From contig DATLEY010000158.1 in the NCBI GenBank assembly GCA_035525215.1, positions 1,420 to 65,419 on the forward strand: a DNA stretch of 64,000 nucleotides. Direction: 5' to 3'. The DNA is from Thermoanaerobaculia bacterium. GTDB taxonomy: Bacteria > Acidobacteriota > Thermoanaerobaculia > Gp7-AA8. Position numbers and translations under genes: made by a program. The notes under the pieces are model-generated. The model had not been told where the DNA came from and did not search any database. It saw nothing but the letters and a program-made list of their open reading frames with translations. Below, in pieces: positions 20,447-30,123 of this stretch; within the stretch, counting starts at the first letter, position 1, and every line of letters starts with the position of its first letter.

Positions 20447-21547
20447 CTACTCGATGACGAGCCGCGGCTTTCCCATCGCGACTTCGGTCTTGAACGAGTT
20501 GTAGCAGCGGATCGTGTACGACAGCCGCGTGGTCTTTCCTCCCACCGACGCGGGGCCCGAGAGAATCCGGTGCGGACGTCCGAAGCCCGGCTTCTTCATC
20601 CGCATCGACGCCTTCGCGAAGGGGGCCGGCTTGCTGAACTCGACCACGATCTCGTCGACCATCACATCGGCTCCGCCCAGGTAGCGGAAATCCCACTCGA
20701 TCCCTTCGCCATCCTTGATGGTCAGCTCGTCGGGACTCGGAAGCACCAGCATCCGGCCCGCTGAATACTCGATCTCGACCCGGACAGGGTGATTGCGAAA
20801 CGTCACGCCGACGCCGGTCAGTTCGGAGGGATTCACGATCCGGTCGGCCATGGCGGGAGGAGCGGCGACGTTCGATGGTCCGGCGGCTCGGTGCGGAGCC
20901 GGGATGAACGAGGAGAGCTTCCGCGATCCCTCGACGGGAAACCAGGCTGCGACGATCGGCTCGTTGCTCTCGAGCCGGGGACGGCTTCTTCGCGCCGTTG
21001 CGCGCGGAGCGGCCTTCGGCTTTGCCGCTGCCGGAACACTCGCGCGAGCGGCCTTCGCCCCTGCCGGCGCTTTGCCCGGCGGCGGCGCGATGGGGGCCGG
21101 GCTGACTTTCTTCCCCGCGGGCTCGACACCTTTTTTCGCGGAGGCGGCCGCTTTTCCGGAAGGCTTCGCGGCCTTGGCGGGTTTCGGGGTTTTCGATGGC
21201 TTCGAAGCTTTCGCTGGCTTTGAGGCCTTCGACCGGGCTGTCTTCGCGGACTTCGCCCGCGAGGCCGCTTTGGCAACCTTCCCTTTTTTCGCAGGCTGCC
21301 GGCCCGCTTTTCCGGAGACCTTCTTGCGGACTGGAGCCTGAGGCTTGCGCGAGACGGTTCTCGCAGCCGCTTTTTTCGAAGTTGTTTTCTTTGAAGCTTT
21401 TACGCTCGAGCGAGATGCCTTCGCGGCCTTTTTTTTGCCCTTCGCTGAGGGCTTGGATGATCGGGCCGCTGCCTGACTCCTCGCCGGTTTTTTCCTGGAA
21501 GAGGCCGCCACTCCACGACCTGCTTTCTTCCCCTTCACCGCCGGCAT
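20447..21547 (-). CDS. Lys/Ala/Pro-rich (histone H1/AlgP-like) protein with conserved ~170-aa C-terminal domain of unknown function
   Basis: ORF 20447..21661. Start MPAVKGKK at ATG 21547 with GGAG 5 nt upstream. About 200 aa of KxAAK/AKPAK-type low-complexity basic repeats, then a globular C-terminus (…IVNPSELTGVGVTFRNHPVRVEIEYSAGRMLVLPSPDELTIKDGEGIEWDFRYLGGADV…RLSYTIRCYNSF…). Its TAG stop abuts the carB TGA. Confidence 0.55.
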   Translation of the reverse strand: MPAVKGKKAGRGVAASSRKKPARSQAAARSSKPSAKGKKKAAKASRSSVKASKKTTSKKAAARTVSRKPQAPVRKKVSGKAGRQPAKKGKVAKAASRAKSAKTARSKASKPAKASKPSKTPKPAKAAKPSGKAAASAKKGVEPAGKKVSPAPIAPPPGKAPAGAKAARASVPAAAKPKAAPRATARRSRPRLESNEPIVAAWFPVEGSRKLSSFIPAPHRAAGPSNVAAPPAMADRIVNPSELTGVGVTFRNHPVRVEIEYSAGRMLVLPSPDELTIKDGEGIEWDFRYLGGADVMVDEIVVEFSKPAPFAKASMRMKKPGFGRPHRILSGPASVGGKTTRLSYTIRCYNSFKTEVAMGKPRLVIE

Positions 21548-21697
21548 AGGCACTCCGTTCTTCCGCCTCATTCGATTCTGAAGACGCCCGGAGAATCCGA
21601 GGCGGGCGATCATCAAAATAACCGAGACCTGGGGTTTGAAACGAGGTGCGCAATATACCAATGCACCCCAGGGAAAGCCAGCGATTTCGGCGTGGAA

Positions 21698-23038
21698 TCA
21701 GGCGCGGATCTCGTCGCGCAGCACCGCGGCCAGGCGGCCGGCGATCTCTCGAATCTTCCCCTCGTCCTCGCCCTCGACCATGACCCTGACCAGATTCTCG
21801 GTGCCCGAGTACCGGACGAGAATGCGACCCTTCCCCTCGAGATTGCGCTCCGCTTCAGCAGACGCTTTCTGATAGCCCGCGAGGGTCTCGAGCGGAGGCT
21901 TCGCGGCGACTTTCTCGTTGAGGAGGATCTGAGGCATTCTCTCGAAGGTCCGCAGCTCGGAGAAACGGCGGGGATGATGCGCGAGCAGCTTCGCGCACTC
22001 CAGGGCGGTATGAATTCCGTCTCCGGTGGTGTGAACCCGAAGATCGATGATGTGACCGGACTGCTCGCCGCCGAGAATCGCCCCTTCCCGCAGCATCGCC
22101 TCCAGAACGTATTTGTCGCCCACGTTGGCGCGGACCAGCCGCACGCCTTCCTCCTCGAGCTTCCTCTCGAATCCGAAGTTCGACATGACGGTGGTGACGA
22201 TGGTGTCGCCGGTGAGCGCGCCTTCGCGGCGGAGCGCTTTTCCCCAGAGATAGATGATCTCGTCTCCGTCGCGGATGACGCCGCTCTCGTCCGCGAAAAT
22301 CGCGCGGTCCGCATCGCCGTCGAAAGCCACGCCCATGTCGGCTCCATGCTCGACGACGGCGGCGGCCATCTTCCCAGGGTGCAGCGCCCCGGAATCCTCA
22401 TTGATGTTGCGACCGTCGGGGGCGTCGTGAATCACGATCACCGCGGCGCCCGCCCTCCGGAAGACTTCGGGAGCGATCCGGTACGCCGCTCCATGTCCGG
22501 TATCGAGAACGATCTTCAGGCGCGACAGATCGACCTTTCCGCTCCCTTCGAGAAGGAAGCTCTCGTAGCGCTCGATCAGCCCGCCCTCCTCCTTCAGCGA
22601 GACGCCCTCCCCGCTCGCCCCCTCGGTACGCGCCTCCTCCATCTCCCGCTCGATCTCCAGCTCGAGCTCGTCGGCCAGCTTCATTCCGTCGTCTCCGAAG
22701 ACCTTGACGCCGTTGTCCTCCCACGGATTGTGCGAGGCGGAGATCGAGATTCCAGCGACGGTCTCGGTGATTCGGGAGAGATACGCGACTGCCGGAGTCG
22801 GAATGACGCCGACGAGTGTGGCGACGCCTCCTCCCTTTTCGATGCCGCTGCCGAGAGCGCGCGCGATCCGCATCCCGGACTCGCGCGTATCCATCCCCAT
22901 CAGAATCCGGGGCCTGGGCTCGCGAGTGGACCGCAGACGACGCGCCAGAACCTCCCCGAGGGCGATCATCGTCGCATCGTCGAGGGGAAAGGCGTCGGCC
23001 CTTCCGCGAATGCCGTCGGTCCCGAAGAGCTTTCTCAT
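21698..23038 (-). CDS. glmM: Phosphoglucosamine mutase GlmM
   Basis: 446 aa, MRKLFGTDGIRG… with active-site Ser motif (GISISASHNP). Downstream of cdaA-cdaR as in the conserved operon. Confidence 0.92.
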   Translation of the reverse strand: MRKLFGTDGIRGRADAFPLDDATMIALGEVLARRLRSTREPRPRILMGMDTRESGMRIARALGSGIEKGGGVATLVGVIPTPAVAYLSRITETVAGISISASHNPWEDNGVKVFGDDGMKLADELELEIEREMEEARTEGASGEGVSLKEEGGLIERYESFLLEGSGKVDLSRLKIVLDTGHGAAYRIAPEVFRRAGAAVIVIHDAPDGRNINEDSGALHPGKMAAAVVEHGADMGVAFDGDADRAIFADESGVIRDGDEIIYLWGKALRREGALTGDTIVTTVMSNFGFERKLEEEGVRLVRANVGDKYVLEAMLREGAILGGEQSGHIIDLRVHTTGDGIHTALECAKLLAHHPRRFSELRTFERMPQILLNEKVAAKPPLETLAGYQKASAEAERNLEGKGRILVRYSGTENLVRVMVEGEDEGKIREIAGRLAAVLRDEIRA

Positions 23039-23721
23039 CGAGAGTCTTCGTCATCATCGACGGGCTGGGGGACGGGAGGATTCTGAGCGCCGATCGTGAC
23101 CAGGACATCCACCGAGGCCGGCTCGACGACGCGCACGAGCGGATAGTCCGAGATGACCGACACGGTTTCGCGGAAGCTCATGTTCCGCCCGGTGAGAATG
23201 ATCCGTTCGGTGGGAATCTCGGTGACTTCCTCCACCAGTGAAGTTGGTCCGATGATCAGAGCACGGGCCGGACGGACCTCGATGTTCTCGATCACGAAAC
23301 CGGTCGTGGGCGATCCGACCAGGTACGGCCGGATGCTGACCACGTCCTGTTTGCGCTGTTCGAGCTGCAGGCTGATCCGGGCCGGCTGCAGGGAGACGAC
23401 TTCCACGTTGCGTGGAATGTCGATCGAGGACGGGGCGATGGGGATATTGACCGTCCCGCTTCGGGAATCCTTGAGATCGACGGTCACCTCCATGTTCTCG
23501 CCGCGAAGCTCACGGACCTGCGAGGCGGGTCCTCTGAGGCGAACGGCGATGGTGTCCTCGACGTCGCTCGAGATCACCATGTTGGCCGGAACACCCACGA
23601 GCGCGACGGGGATGGTGAAATTGCGCTCCAGGATCTCCTCCCGTCTCTCATTCGAGGCGAAGACCCAGATCACTCCGGCGAGGAGAAGGGCGAGAAGCTT
23701 TGGTCCGACGTTTCGCATCAT
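23035..23721 (-). CDS. cdaR: YbbR-domain protein CdaR (regulator of diadenylate cyclase)
   Basis: 228 aa, N-terminal TM (LLALLLAGVIWVF) then repeated YbbR-like beta segments. Sits between cdaA and glmM. Confidence 0.7.
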   Translation of the reverse strand: MMRNVGPKLLALLLAGVIWVFASNERREEILERNFTIPVALVGVPANMVISSDVEDTIAVRLRGPASQVRELRGENMEVTVDLKDSRSGTVNIPIAPSSIDIPRNVEVVSLQPARISLQLEQRKQDVVSIRPYLVGSPTTGFVIENIEVRPARALIIGPTSLVEEVTEIPTERIILTGRNMSFRETVSVISDYPLVRVVEPASVDVLVTIGAQNPPVPQPVDDDEDSR

Positions 23722-24512
23722 GCAGAGAGCTTCAGGCGCTCGCCCCCGCTCGATTTGAGATTCGCCCGCAACAGATGGGCCAGTTCCGCCGGCTTGAGGT
23801 TTTCATGGATCCGTCCGTCGAGGGCGGCGCTGATGACCCCGTTCTCCTCGGAGACCACGATGATGAAGGCATCCGACTCCTCGCTCAGCCCCAGCGCGGC
23901 GCGGTGGCGGGTCCCGAAGTGCTCGGGGAGCGCGAGGCTCGAGCTGAGCGGCAGAAAGGTTCCCGCCGCGGCGATTCTCGATCCTTGCACGATGACCGCG
24001 CCGTCATGCAAAGGGGCGCTAGGCGTGAAGATGTTCTGTAAGAGCTCCGCCGAAATGAGAGCGTCGAGCGGCTTTCCGGTCTCGGCGTAGACGCGAAGGC
24101 TCTGACTCCGCTCGATGGCGATGAGTGCTCCGACACGCCGGCGCGCCAGCTCCTTGGACGCCGCCACCACGGCGTCGAACTGGGGCTCTTCGCCGCGATT
24201 GCGGATCATGTCCATCCATCCACGACCCATCGAGGCGAGCGCGCGGCGCAGCTCGTGCTGAAACAGGACGATGATCGCGAACGGGATGTAGAAGAGAACC
24301 TGTCCGGTGATCATCTCGAGGGTGACCAGCCTGAACGTCCGCGCCATGAGATACGTCGCCCCGAGAATGACGAGGCCGATCGACATCTGCATGGCCCGCG
24401 TTCCCTGAATGAGGCGGATCACCCCGTAGATCACGATCGCCACGAGGAAAATGTCGAGGAAGTCTCGCCAGCCGAAATCCAGCCGGGCCATCGATTCGAG
24501 GAAGCGCGTCAT
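23718..24512 (-). CDS. cdaA: Diadenylate cyclase CdaA (DisA_N domain, c-di-AMP synthase)
   Basis: 264 aa: N-terminal TMs then DAC domain (…LHDGAVIVQGSRIAAAGTFLPLS…GTRHRAALGLSEESDAFIIVVSEENGVIS, DGA and RHR motifs). Confidence 0.85.
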   Translation of the reverse strand: MTRFLESMARLDFGWRDFLDIFLVAIVIYGVIRLIQGTRAMQMSIGLVILGATYLMARTFRLVTLEMITGQVLFYIPFAIIVLFQHELRRALASMGRGWMDMIRNRGEEPQFDAVVAASKELARRRVGALIAIERSQSLRVYAETGKPLDALISAELLQNIFTPSAPLHDGAVIVQGSRIAAAGTFLPLSSSLALPEHFGTRHRAALGLSEESDAFIIVVSEENGVISAALDGRIHENLKPAELAHLLRANLKSSGGERLKLSA

Positions 24513-25387
24513 CTCCGCCGCTCCTCCACGGCGCCGAGGACCCGGAGAAAATCCGAAGTCTCGGCGACATCGTGGACCCGCACGATGGCGGCGCCCGCCG
24601 ACGCGGCGGCGGCCACCGTGGCGAGCGAGCCCGCCATGCGATCGGGGCCGGAGGCTTTGCCGGTGAGATGGCCGATGAACGCCTTGCGCGAAGCGCCGAC
24701 GACCAGGGGCGCGATCGGCACGAGCTCATGCAGCCTGGCCAGGATCTCGAGATTGTGATCGAACGTCTTCCCGAAACCGATGCCGGGATCGACCAGGATC
24801 CGCTCCGGGGAGATGCCGGCAGCGATCGCTGCATCCCTCCGCTCACGCAGCTCCGCACTCAACTCGCCGATCAGGTCATCGAAATGGATTTCCTCCTGCA
24901 TGGTCTTCGGCTCACCGCGCATGTGCATCAGAATCACGCTGGCCGCGGCGTCCCTGACGATCGCCGCCATCCGCGAATCGCCGGCCAGCGCAGTGACATC
25001 ATTCACCATCGACGCGCCCGCTTCCAGTGCGGCTTCCGCGACCTCCGATTTCCGAGTGTCCACGGAGATGAGAATCCGGCTTTGCCGGCGAATCTCGCGA
25101 ATCACGGGGATCACGCGCCGCAGCTCCTCGCCAGCCGGGACGGTCTCCGAGCCGGGGCGGGTCGATTCGCCACCCACGTCGATGAACGCCGCTCCTTCCG
25201 CCTCCATGCGGAGGGCCGCTTCGACCGCGTACCCGGAATCGAAATGAACTCCGCCGTCGGAGAACGAGTCGGGGGTCACGTTCACGATCCCCATCACCCG
25301 AGGCACGCGGCGGGTACGATTCGTCGCTCCCGGCTCCAGGCCGGAATCTCGCGCCGTCCGCGCTGCGGCTTCGATTGGCAGGCTCAC
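24509..25387 (-). CDS. folP: Dihydropteroate synthase FolP
   Basis: VMGIVNVTPDSFSDGG…IDVGGESTRPG…pterin-binding motifs. N-terminal ~30 aa of the ORF may be untranslated. Confidence 0.85.
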   Translation of the reverse strand: MSLPIEAAARTARDSGLEPGATNRTRRVPRVMGIVNVTPDSFSDGGVHFDSGYAVEAALRMEAEGAAFIDVGGESTRPGSETVPAGEELRRVIPVIREIRRQSRILISVDTRKSEVAEAALEAGASMVNDVTALAGDSRMAAIVRDAAASVILMHMRGEPKTMQEEIHFDDLIGELSAELRERRDAAIAAGISPERILVDPGIGFGKTFDHNLEILARLHELVPIAPLVVGASRKAFIGHLTGKASGPDRMAGSLATVAAAASAGAAIVRVHDVAETSDFLRVLGAVEERRR

Positions 25388-25391
25388 GCTC

Positions 25392-26678
25392 TCAACGATC
25401 CTCTTCGCGGGTGATCCGCGCCCCCAGAGCGCCGAGGCGGTCCTCGATGCGCTCGTATCCGCGGTCGATCTGATGAATCTGATGAATCACGCTGGTGCCC
25501 TTGGCGCAGAGCGCCGCCAGCAGAAGCGCCATGCCGGCCCGGATATCGGGACTGGTGATGTCGTTCCCGGCGAGCCGGTGCCCTCCCACGATGATGGCGC
25601 GATGAGGATCGCAGAGAATGATCCGCGCTCCCATACTGATCAGCTTGTCCGTGAAAAAGAGGCGGGACTCGAACATCTTCTCGAAGATCATGGAGGTCCC
25701 TTCGGACTGCGTCGCCACCACGATCATGATCGAGAGAAGATCCGCCGGGAAAAGGGGCCAGGGACCATCGTCGATCTTCGGCACCGCCCCCCCGACCTCG
25801 TACCGGACTCTCAGCTCCTGATTGTCGGGGACCCGGATGTTCCGCCCCTCGATGACCATCTCCACGCCAAGTTTCTGGAACATCAGACCGGCCATGTACA
25901 TGTGCTCCGGCACGGCTTCCTCGATCAGCACCTCTCCGCGCGTGATCGCGGCCAGACCGATGTACGAGCCGACCTCGATGTGATCGCTCGGAATCGTGTA
26001 ATCGATCCCGTGAAGCTCGTCGACGCCCTGGATCACGAGCTGGTTCGTCGAGATCCCCTGGATCTGCGCCCCCATCGCGTTGAGCATCTTGCAGAGATCC
26101 TGAACGTGCGGCTCGGCGGCGGCGTTGTAGATGGTCGTCGTCCCCGTGGCCATGACCGCCGCCATGACGACGTTCTCGGTGGCCGTCACCGACGCCTCGT
26201 CGAGAAACATCCGTTTCCCCACGAGCTGCTTCGCGCTCATCCGGTATTCCTGCGCGGAGACTTCGATCTGCGCTCCGAGAGCCTCGAGGCCCATCAGGTG
26301 CGTGTCGATCCTCCGCCGGCCGATGGCATCGCCGCCCGGCCGGGTGATGGAGACCGCCCCGCTGCGCGCCAGCAGCGGTCCCGCGAACAGAAGCGAGGCG
26401 CGGATGTGACGCGAGAGCTCGCGATCGGGAACCGTATCGCACTCCTCCTTCGCGTGGATCCGCACGACATTGCGCTCGAGACGCTCGACCGATGCGCCGA
26501 GCTTCTCGATGATCTTGAGCATGTTCTCCACGTCCCGGATCGCCGGCAGGTTCCGCAGAGTGACAGGCTCATCGGTCAGAAGACAGGCAGCGAGCATCGG
26601 GAGTGCCGCATTCTTGTTCCCGCCCGGGCGAATGGTTCCTTCGAGCCGGTGACCCCCTTCGACGATGAACCGTTCCAT
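25392..26678 (-). CDS. murA: UDP-N-acetylglucosamine 1-carboxyvinyltransferase MurA
   Basis: 428 aa, MERFIVEGGHRLEGTIRPGGNKNAALP… EPSP-synthase fold, full-length MurA similarity. Confidence 0.92.
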   Translation of the reverse strand: MERFIVEGGHRLEGTIRPGGNKNAALPMLAACLLTDEPVTLRNLPAIRDVENMLKIIEKLGASVERLERNVVRIHAKEECDTVPDRELSRHIRASLLFAGPLLARSGAVSITRPGGDAIGRRRIDTHLMGLEALGAQIEVSAQEYRMSAKQLVGKRMFLDEASVTATENVVMAAVMATGTTTIYNAAAEPHVQDLCKMLNAMGAQIQGISTNQLVIQGVDELHGIDYTIPSDHIEVGSYIGLAAITRGEVLIEEAVPEHMYMAGLMFQKLGVEMVIEGRNIRVPDNQELRVRYEVGGAVPKIDDGPWPLFPADLLSIMIVVATQSEGTSMIFEKMFESRLFFTDKLISMGARIILCDPHRAIIVGGHRLAGNDITSPDIRAGMALLLAALCAKGTSVIHQIHQIDRGYERIEDRLGALGARITREEDR

Positions 26679-26936
26679 GGATGACCTCGAAACTACTGCC
26701 GGAGCATGATTTGCCGCGCATTTTGCGCGCGCGCCGGGAAGATCTCCGAGATATCACGATCCCGCGGATGGTGCTAGTGTTCTGTTTCAGAAATCGCCTG
26801 CCTGTCCTCGCCGGTTCTCCCCCCGGGAAGCGCCCCGCTGCTGTTTCCGAACCGCGACATGGGTCGTGATCGACTGAAGATCCGCCGCAACCATCCCTTT
26901 CCGCTGGCCGGATCGCCGCCGGTCGGTTATCGTGAA

Positions 26937-27152
26937 GTGGTGACGCGCGCGACTCTCCGTATCGACGGCATGCGCTGTGACCGTTGCGCCCGCGCCCTCT
27001 CCGACTCGCTCGGATCGCTTCGCGGCGTGCGGAGCGCGGAAGTCTCGGCGCGCAGCGGCAAGGCCGTCGTCGAATACGAACCAGCGGAGGTCGATGCCGC
27101 GCGACTCATCGAACAGATCATCGAGGAGGGATACGATGCGGCTGCGCTCTGA
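26937..27152 (+). CDS. Heavy-metal-associated (HMA/CopZ-like) domain protein with variant MRCDRC metal site
   Basis: ORF 26859..27152; likely GTG start giving VTRATLRIDGMRCDRCARALSDSLGSLRGVRSAEVSARSGKAVVEY… (HMA βαββαβ with GMxCxxC). Start uncertain. Confidence 0.5.
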   Translation: MVTRATLRIDGMRCDRCARALSDSLGSLRGVRSAEVSARSGKAVVEYEPAEVDAARLIEQIIEEGYDAAAL

Positions 27153-27170
27153 GCCCCATCGCGCGGAAAC

Positions 27171-27995
27171 ATGATCGTCGTCCCTCTCGGCTCAGGAAGC
27201 GGCGGCAACTGCTATTTTTTCGAGAGCGACGGCACCCGCGTCCTCGTCGACGCAGGGTTCGGCCCCCGCGAGACCGCCAGACGGCTCGCGGCCATCGGCG
27301 AGTCCATCGAGCGAATCAACGCCATCGTCATCACGCACGAGCATTCCGACCATATCCACGGCGCGGAGAAAATCTCGAGGAAGTTCGGGATCCCGATCTG
27401 GATGACCGCCGGAACCCTGGAGGCGAGCCGGATCGACCCGAACGAGGCTCCCGTCAGGCTCTTCCAGAACAACAGCGAGTTCCGGATCGGCGAGATCTCG
27501 GTGAGCGCGCGCCGTACCATTCACGACGCGGCGGATCCCGCCTGCTTCGTTCTCGAGGGGCGCGACGGGTCGCGGGCGGGAATCGCCAGTGACCTCGGGT
27601 TCGCGGATCCTCCCGTCGTCTCTCACCTTTCCGACTGCGACGTTCTGCTGTTCGAGTCCAATCACGACGTCGATATGCTGCGGTCCGGCACGTATCCCTG
27701 GAGCCTCAAGCGCCGCATCCTCTCGAACCACGGCCATCTCTCCAACGACGACGCGATGGTCGCAGTGCGCCGCATGCTCGGGCCGCGGACTCGATCTCTC
27801 TGTCTCATTCATCTGTCGGAAAAGAACAACCACCCCTCGATCGTCCAGGGAATGGCGCAGAGCATCCTCGATTCTCTCGGCGCCAGGATCGAGCTGAGCA
27901 TTGCGGCTCAGCGTCTGGCGGCCGACCCGATCCAGGTTTCCCGCCGGGTCATGCTGCCGGTCAACTCCCCTCCGCGCCAGATGGCCCTGTTCTAG
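27171..27995 (+). CDS. MBL-fold metallo-hydrolase (YycJ/PhnP-like)
   Basis: 274 aa, MIVVPLGSGSGGNCYFFESDG…ITHEHSDHIHG (HxHxDH metal motif) …SNHGHLSNDDA. Confidence 0.75.
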   Translation: MIVVPLGSGSGGNCYFFESDGTRVLVDAGFGPRETARRLAAIGESIERINAIVITHEHSDHIHGAEKISRKFGIPIWMTAGTLEASRIDPNEAPVRLFQNNSEFRIGEISVSARRTIHDAADPACFVLEGRDGSRAGIASDLGFADPPVVSHLSDCDVLLFESNHDVDMLRSGTYPWSLKRRILSNHGHLSNDDAMVAVRRMLGPRTRSLCLIHLSEKNNHPSIVQGMAQSILDSLGARIELSIAAQRLAADPIQVSRRVMLPVNSPPRQMALF

Positions 27996-28070
27996 CGCCT
28001 CCCCTGGGGAGCCAGAGGGAATGGCCACCTGGTGCACTCATTCGATAGACTCCGCGCCGGGAGATCACCA

Positions 28071-28316
28071 GTGAAGGCAACCGTGACCGTGGAACTGAAG
28101 CCCGGAGTCCTCGATCCTCAGGGAAAAGCGATCCAGCATTCGCTCGGCGCGCTCGGATTTTCCGGCGTGGAAGACGTTCGCGCAGGGAAAGTGTTTCGCA
28201 TTGCACTGAATGACCAGCTTCCCAAAGAAGAGGCCGAGCGGGAGATCCGCCAGATGTGCGAGAAGCTCCTCGCCAATCCGGTGGTGGAGAACTATTCGTT
28301 CAGGTTCGACGACTGA
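28071..28316 (+). CDS. purS: Phosphoribosylformylglycinamidine synthase subunit PurS
   Basis: ORF 28032..28316. Probable GTG start VKATVTVELKPGVLDPQGKAIQHSLGALGF… (PurS fold, ~81 aa) with GGGAG upstream. Confidence 0.75.
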   Translation: MKATVTVELKPGVLDPQGKAIQHSLGALGFSGVEDVRAGKVFRIALNDQLPKEEAEREIRQMCEKLLANPVVENYSFRFDD

Positions 28317-28338
28317 GTTCCGCTCCCTTTTCCCCCTC

Positions 28339-29397
28339 ATGATTCTGCTCGCTCTGGCCACGCCTCTGGCCGCGGCAGAGCTCGTTCGGCAGGCGAGCCG
28401 GGACAAGCGCGTCGTCGCCCGCTTCCTTCTTTCCGGCGAGCCCCGCGCCATCGCCGTTACGAAAGACGGCACACTCTACGCCGGCCTGCGGAATCCCCAG
28501 TCCGTCGTTGCGATCGACTGGAAAAAAGGAACCATCCTGCGCGAGGTCATCCTCGACAACGAAGAGATCGCCGCGACCAAGGACTTCGAGACTCTCCGCA
28601 TCGATGCCACGGGCACGCGGCTTGTCATCGCTCAGGGAACCGATGAGAGCGTGACGATTCTCTCGCTCCCCTCTCTGGCCATCGAGCGGGAAATCGGTCT
28701 CGAGGGTGAAGTGATCCGCGACGCGATCCTCGATCCGAAGGGGCGTTACCTCTACATTCTCGGTCGCTCCGTCCACGTCTGGGATTCGAAGGGTGATCGC
28801 GAGCTTCGCAACTTCACCGCGATCGACCCGATGGCGATCGCGGCCAGCGCGGACGGGCGATGGCTCGCCATCATCGGCTCGGAGAAGTTCTCGAACGGCA
28901 AGGCTACCGTGTTTTCCCTGATCGATACATCGAAGCTGGAGGAGTCGCGGCGCGAGCCTCTGCAGACGGAGCGGACCATCGCTTCGGCGCTTTTCGCCGC
29001 GAACGATCGCGCGCTGGTCGTCTTCGCCGACGACTGGGTGGCCGAGAAATCCCTCGCGCCGCTCGCCCCGCAGGTGATGAGCGGCAGCGAAGGCGCCAGG
29101 CGGGTGAAGATCAGCGCCGCGGACCTGATCAGCACCGAACAGATCTGCCTTCCAACCGAGCGCGGGCCGCAGGTCGCGATTCCAGGAGCCGCGAGCAACG
29201 TCGTCTGGTTCGCCGAGCGGCGCTGCTCGACCTCGGGGAGCACGGTCGCCACGCCACGTCAGGTCTCCACCGAATCGCTCTATGGCATCGACGCCTGGGC
29301 CATCGCTTATGATGTGTCCAGCGGACATCTGGTGGCCAGCGACGGCGAAGAGACCATCACCGTGTACCGAGCTCCCGGCGCCGCGAAAACGCCCTGA
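28339..29397 (+). CDS. Secreted hypothetical protein with beta-propeller-like (YVTN-type) repeats, embedded between purS and purQ
   Basis: ORF 28210..29397. Start MILLALATPLAAAELV (signal peptide). Repeating ~40-aa units (AIAVTKDGTLYAG, RLVIAQGTDESVTI, YLYILGRSVHVWD, RWLAIIGSEK…). About 22-bp and 27-bp gaps to purS and purQ. Confidence 0.5.
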   Translation: MILLALATPLAAAELVRQASRDKRVVARFLLSGEPRAIAVTKDGTLYAGLRNPQSVVAIDWKKGTILREVILDNEEIAATKDFETLRIDATGTRLVIAQGTDESVTILSLPSLAIEREIGLEGEVIRDAILDPKGRYLYILGRSVHVWDSKGDRELRNFTAIDPMAIAASADGRWLAIIGSEKFSNGKATVFSLIDTSKLEESRREPLQTERTIASALFAANDRALVVFADDWVAEKSLAPLAPQVMSGSEGARRVKISAADLISTEQICLPTERGPQVAIPGAASNVVWFAERRCSTSGSTVATPRQVSTESLYGIDAWAIAYDVSSGHLVASDGEETITVYRAPGAAKTP

Positions 29398-29424
29398 CTC
29401 CACACTGGATCATCGAGGTCTGAG

Positions 29425-30123
29425 ATGAGATTCGCCGTGGTCATCCTGCCTGGCTCGAACTGCGATGATGACGCCATTCACGTCATCTCGAACATCCTCG
29501 GAAACGAGTGCGTCAGCGTCTGGCACAAGGATACCGATCTCAAGGGCGCCGACTGCGTCATCATCCCCGGCGGCTTTTCCTACGGTGACTATCTCCGTGC
29601 CGGCGCGATCGCCAAATTCGCCCCGGTCATGGAGGCGGTCCGCGGTCACGCCGCGCACGGCGGCCTGGTCATCGGGATCTGCAACGGATTTCAGGTACTG
29701 ACCGAGGCGGGGCTGCTGCCCGGAGCACTGATGAGAAACGAGCGTCTCCGATTCGTCTGCCGTGATGTGCATCTCCGCGTCGAGACGATCGCCACTCCGT
29801 TCACCGCATTGTTCGAGAAGGGCGAGCTGTTGACCGCCCCCGTCGCTCACGGAGAGGGAAACTTCCACGCCGACGAGGCGACGCTCGACGAGCTGGAGCG
29901 CAACGATCAGATCGTCTACCGGTATGCCGATGCCGAGGGACGCATCACCGCGGCGGCCAATCCGAACGGCTCCAGCCGCAACATTGCAGGCATCGTGAAT
30001 CGCGAGCGGAACATTCTCGGGCTCATGCCCCATCCCGAGCGCGTATGCGAGTCGGTCGTGGGCGGCGTCGATGGCCTGAAAATCTTCCGGAGTCTGGTGA
30101 GCTCCTTCGCGACCGCTCGTTAG
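29425..30123 (+). CDS. purQ: Phosphoribosylformylglycinamidine synthase subunit PurQ (glutamine amidotransferase)
   Basis: 232 aa, MRFAVVILPGSNCDDDAIHVI…GGFSYGDYLRAGAI…GICNGFQVL…MPHPER (class I GATase triad). Confidence 0.88.
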   Translation: MRFAVVILPGSNCDDDAIHVISNILGNECVSVWHKDTDLKGADCVIIPGGFSYGDYLRAGAIAKFAPVMEAVRGHAAHGGLVIGICNGFQVLTEAGLLPGALMRNERLRFVCRDVHLRVETIATPFTALFEKGELLTAPVAHGEGNFHADEATLDELERNDQIVYRYADAEGRITAAANPNGSSRNIAGIVNRERNILGLMPHPERVCESVVGGVDGLKIFRSLVSSFATAR

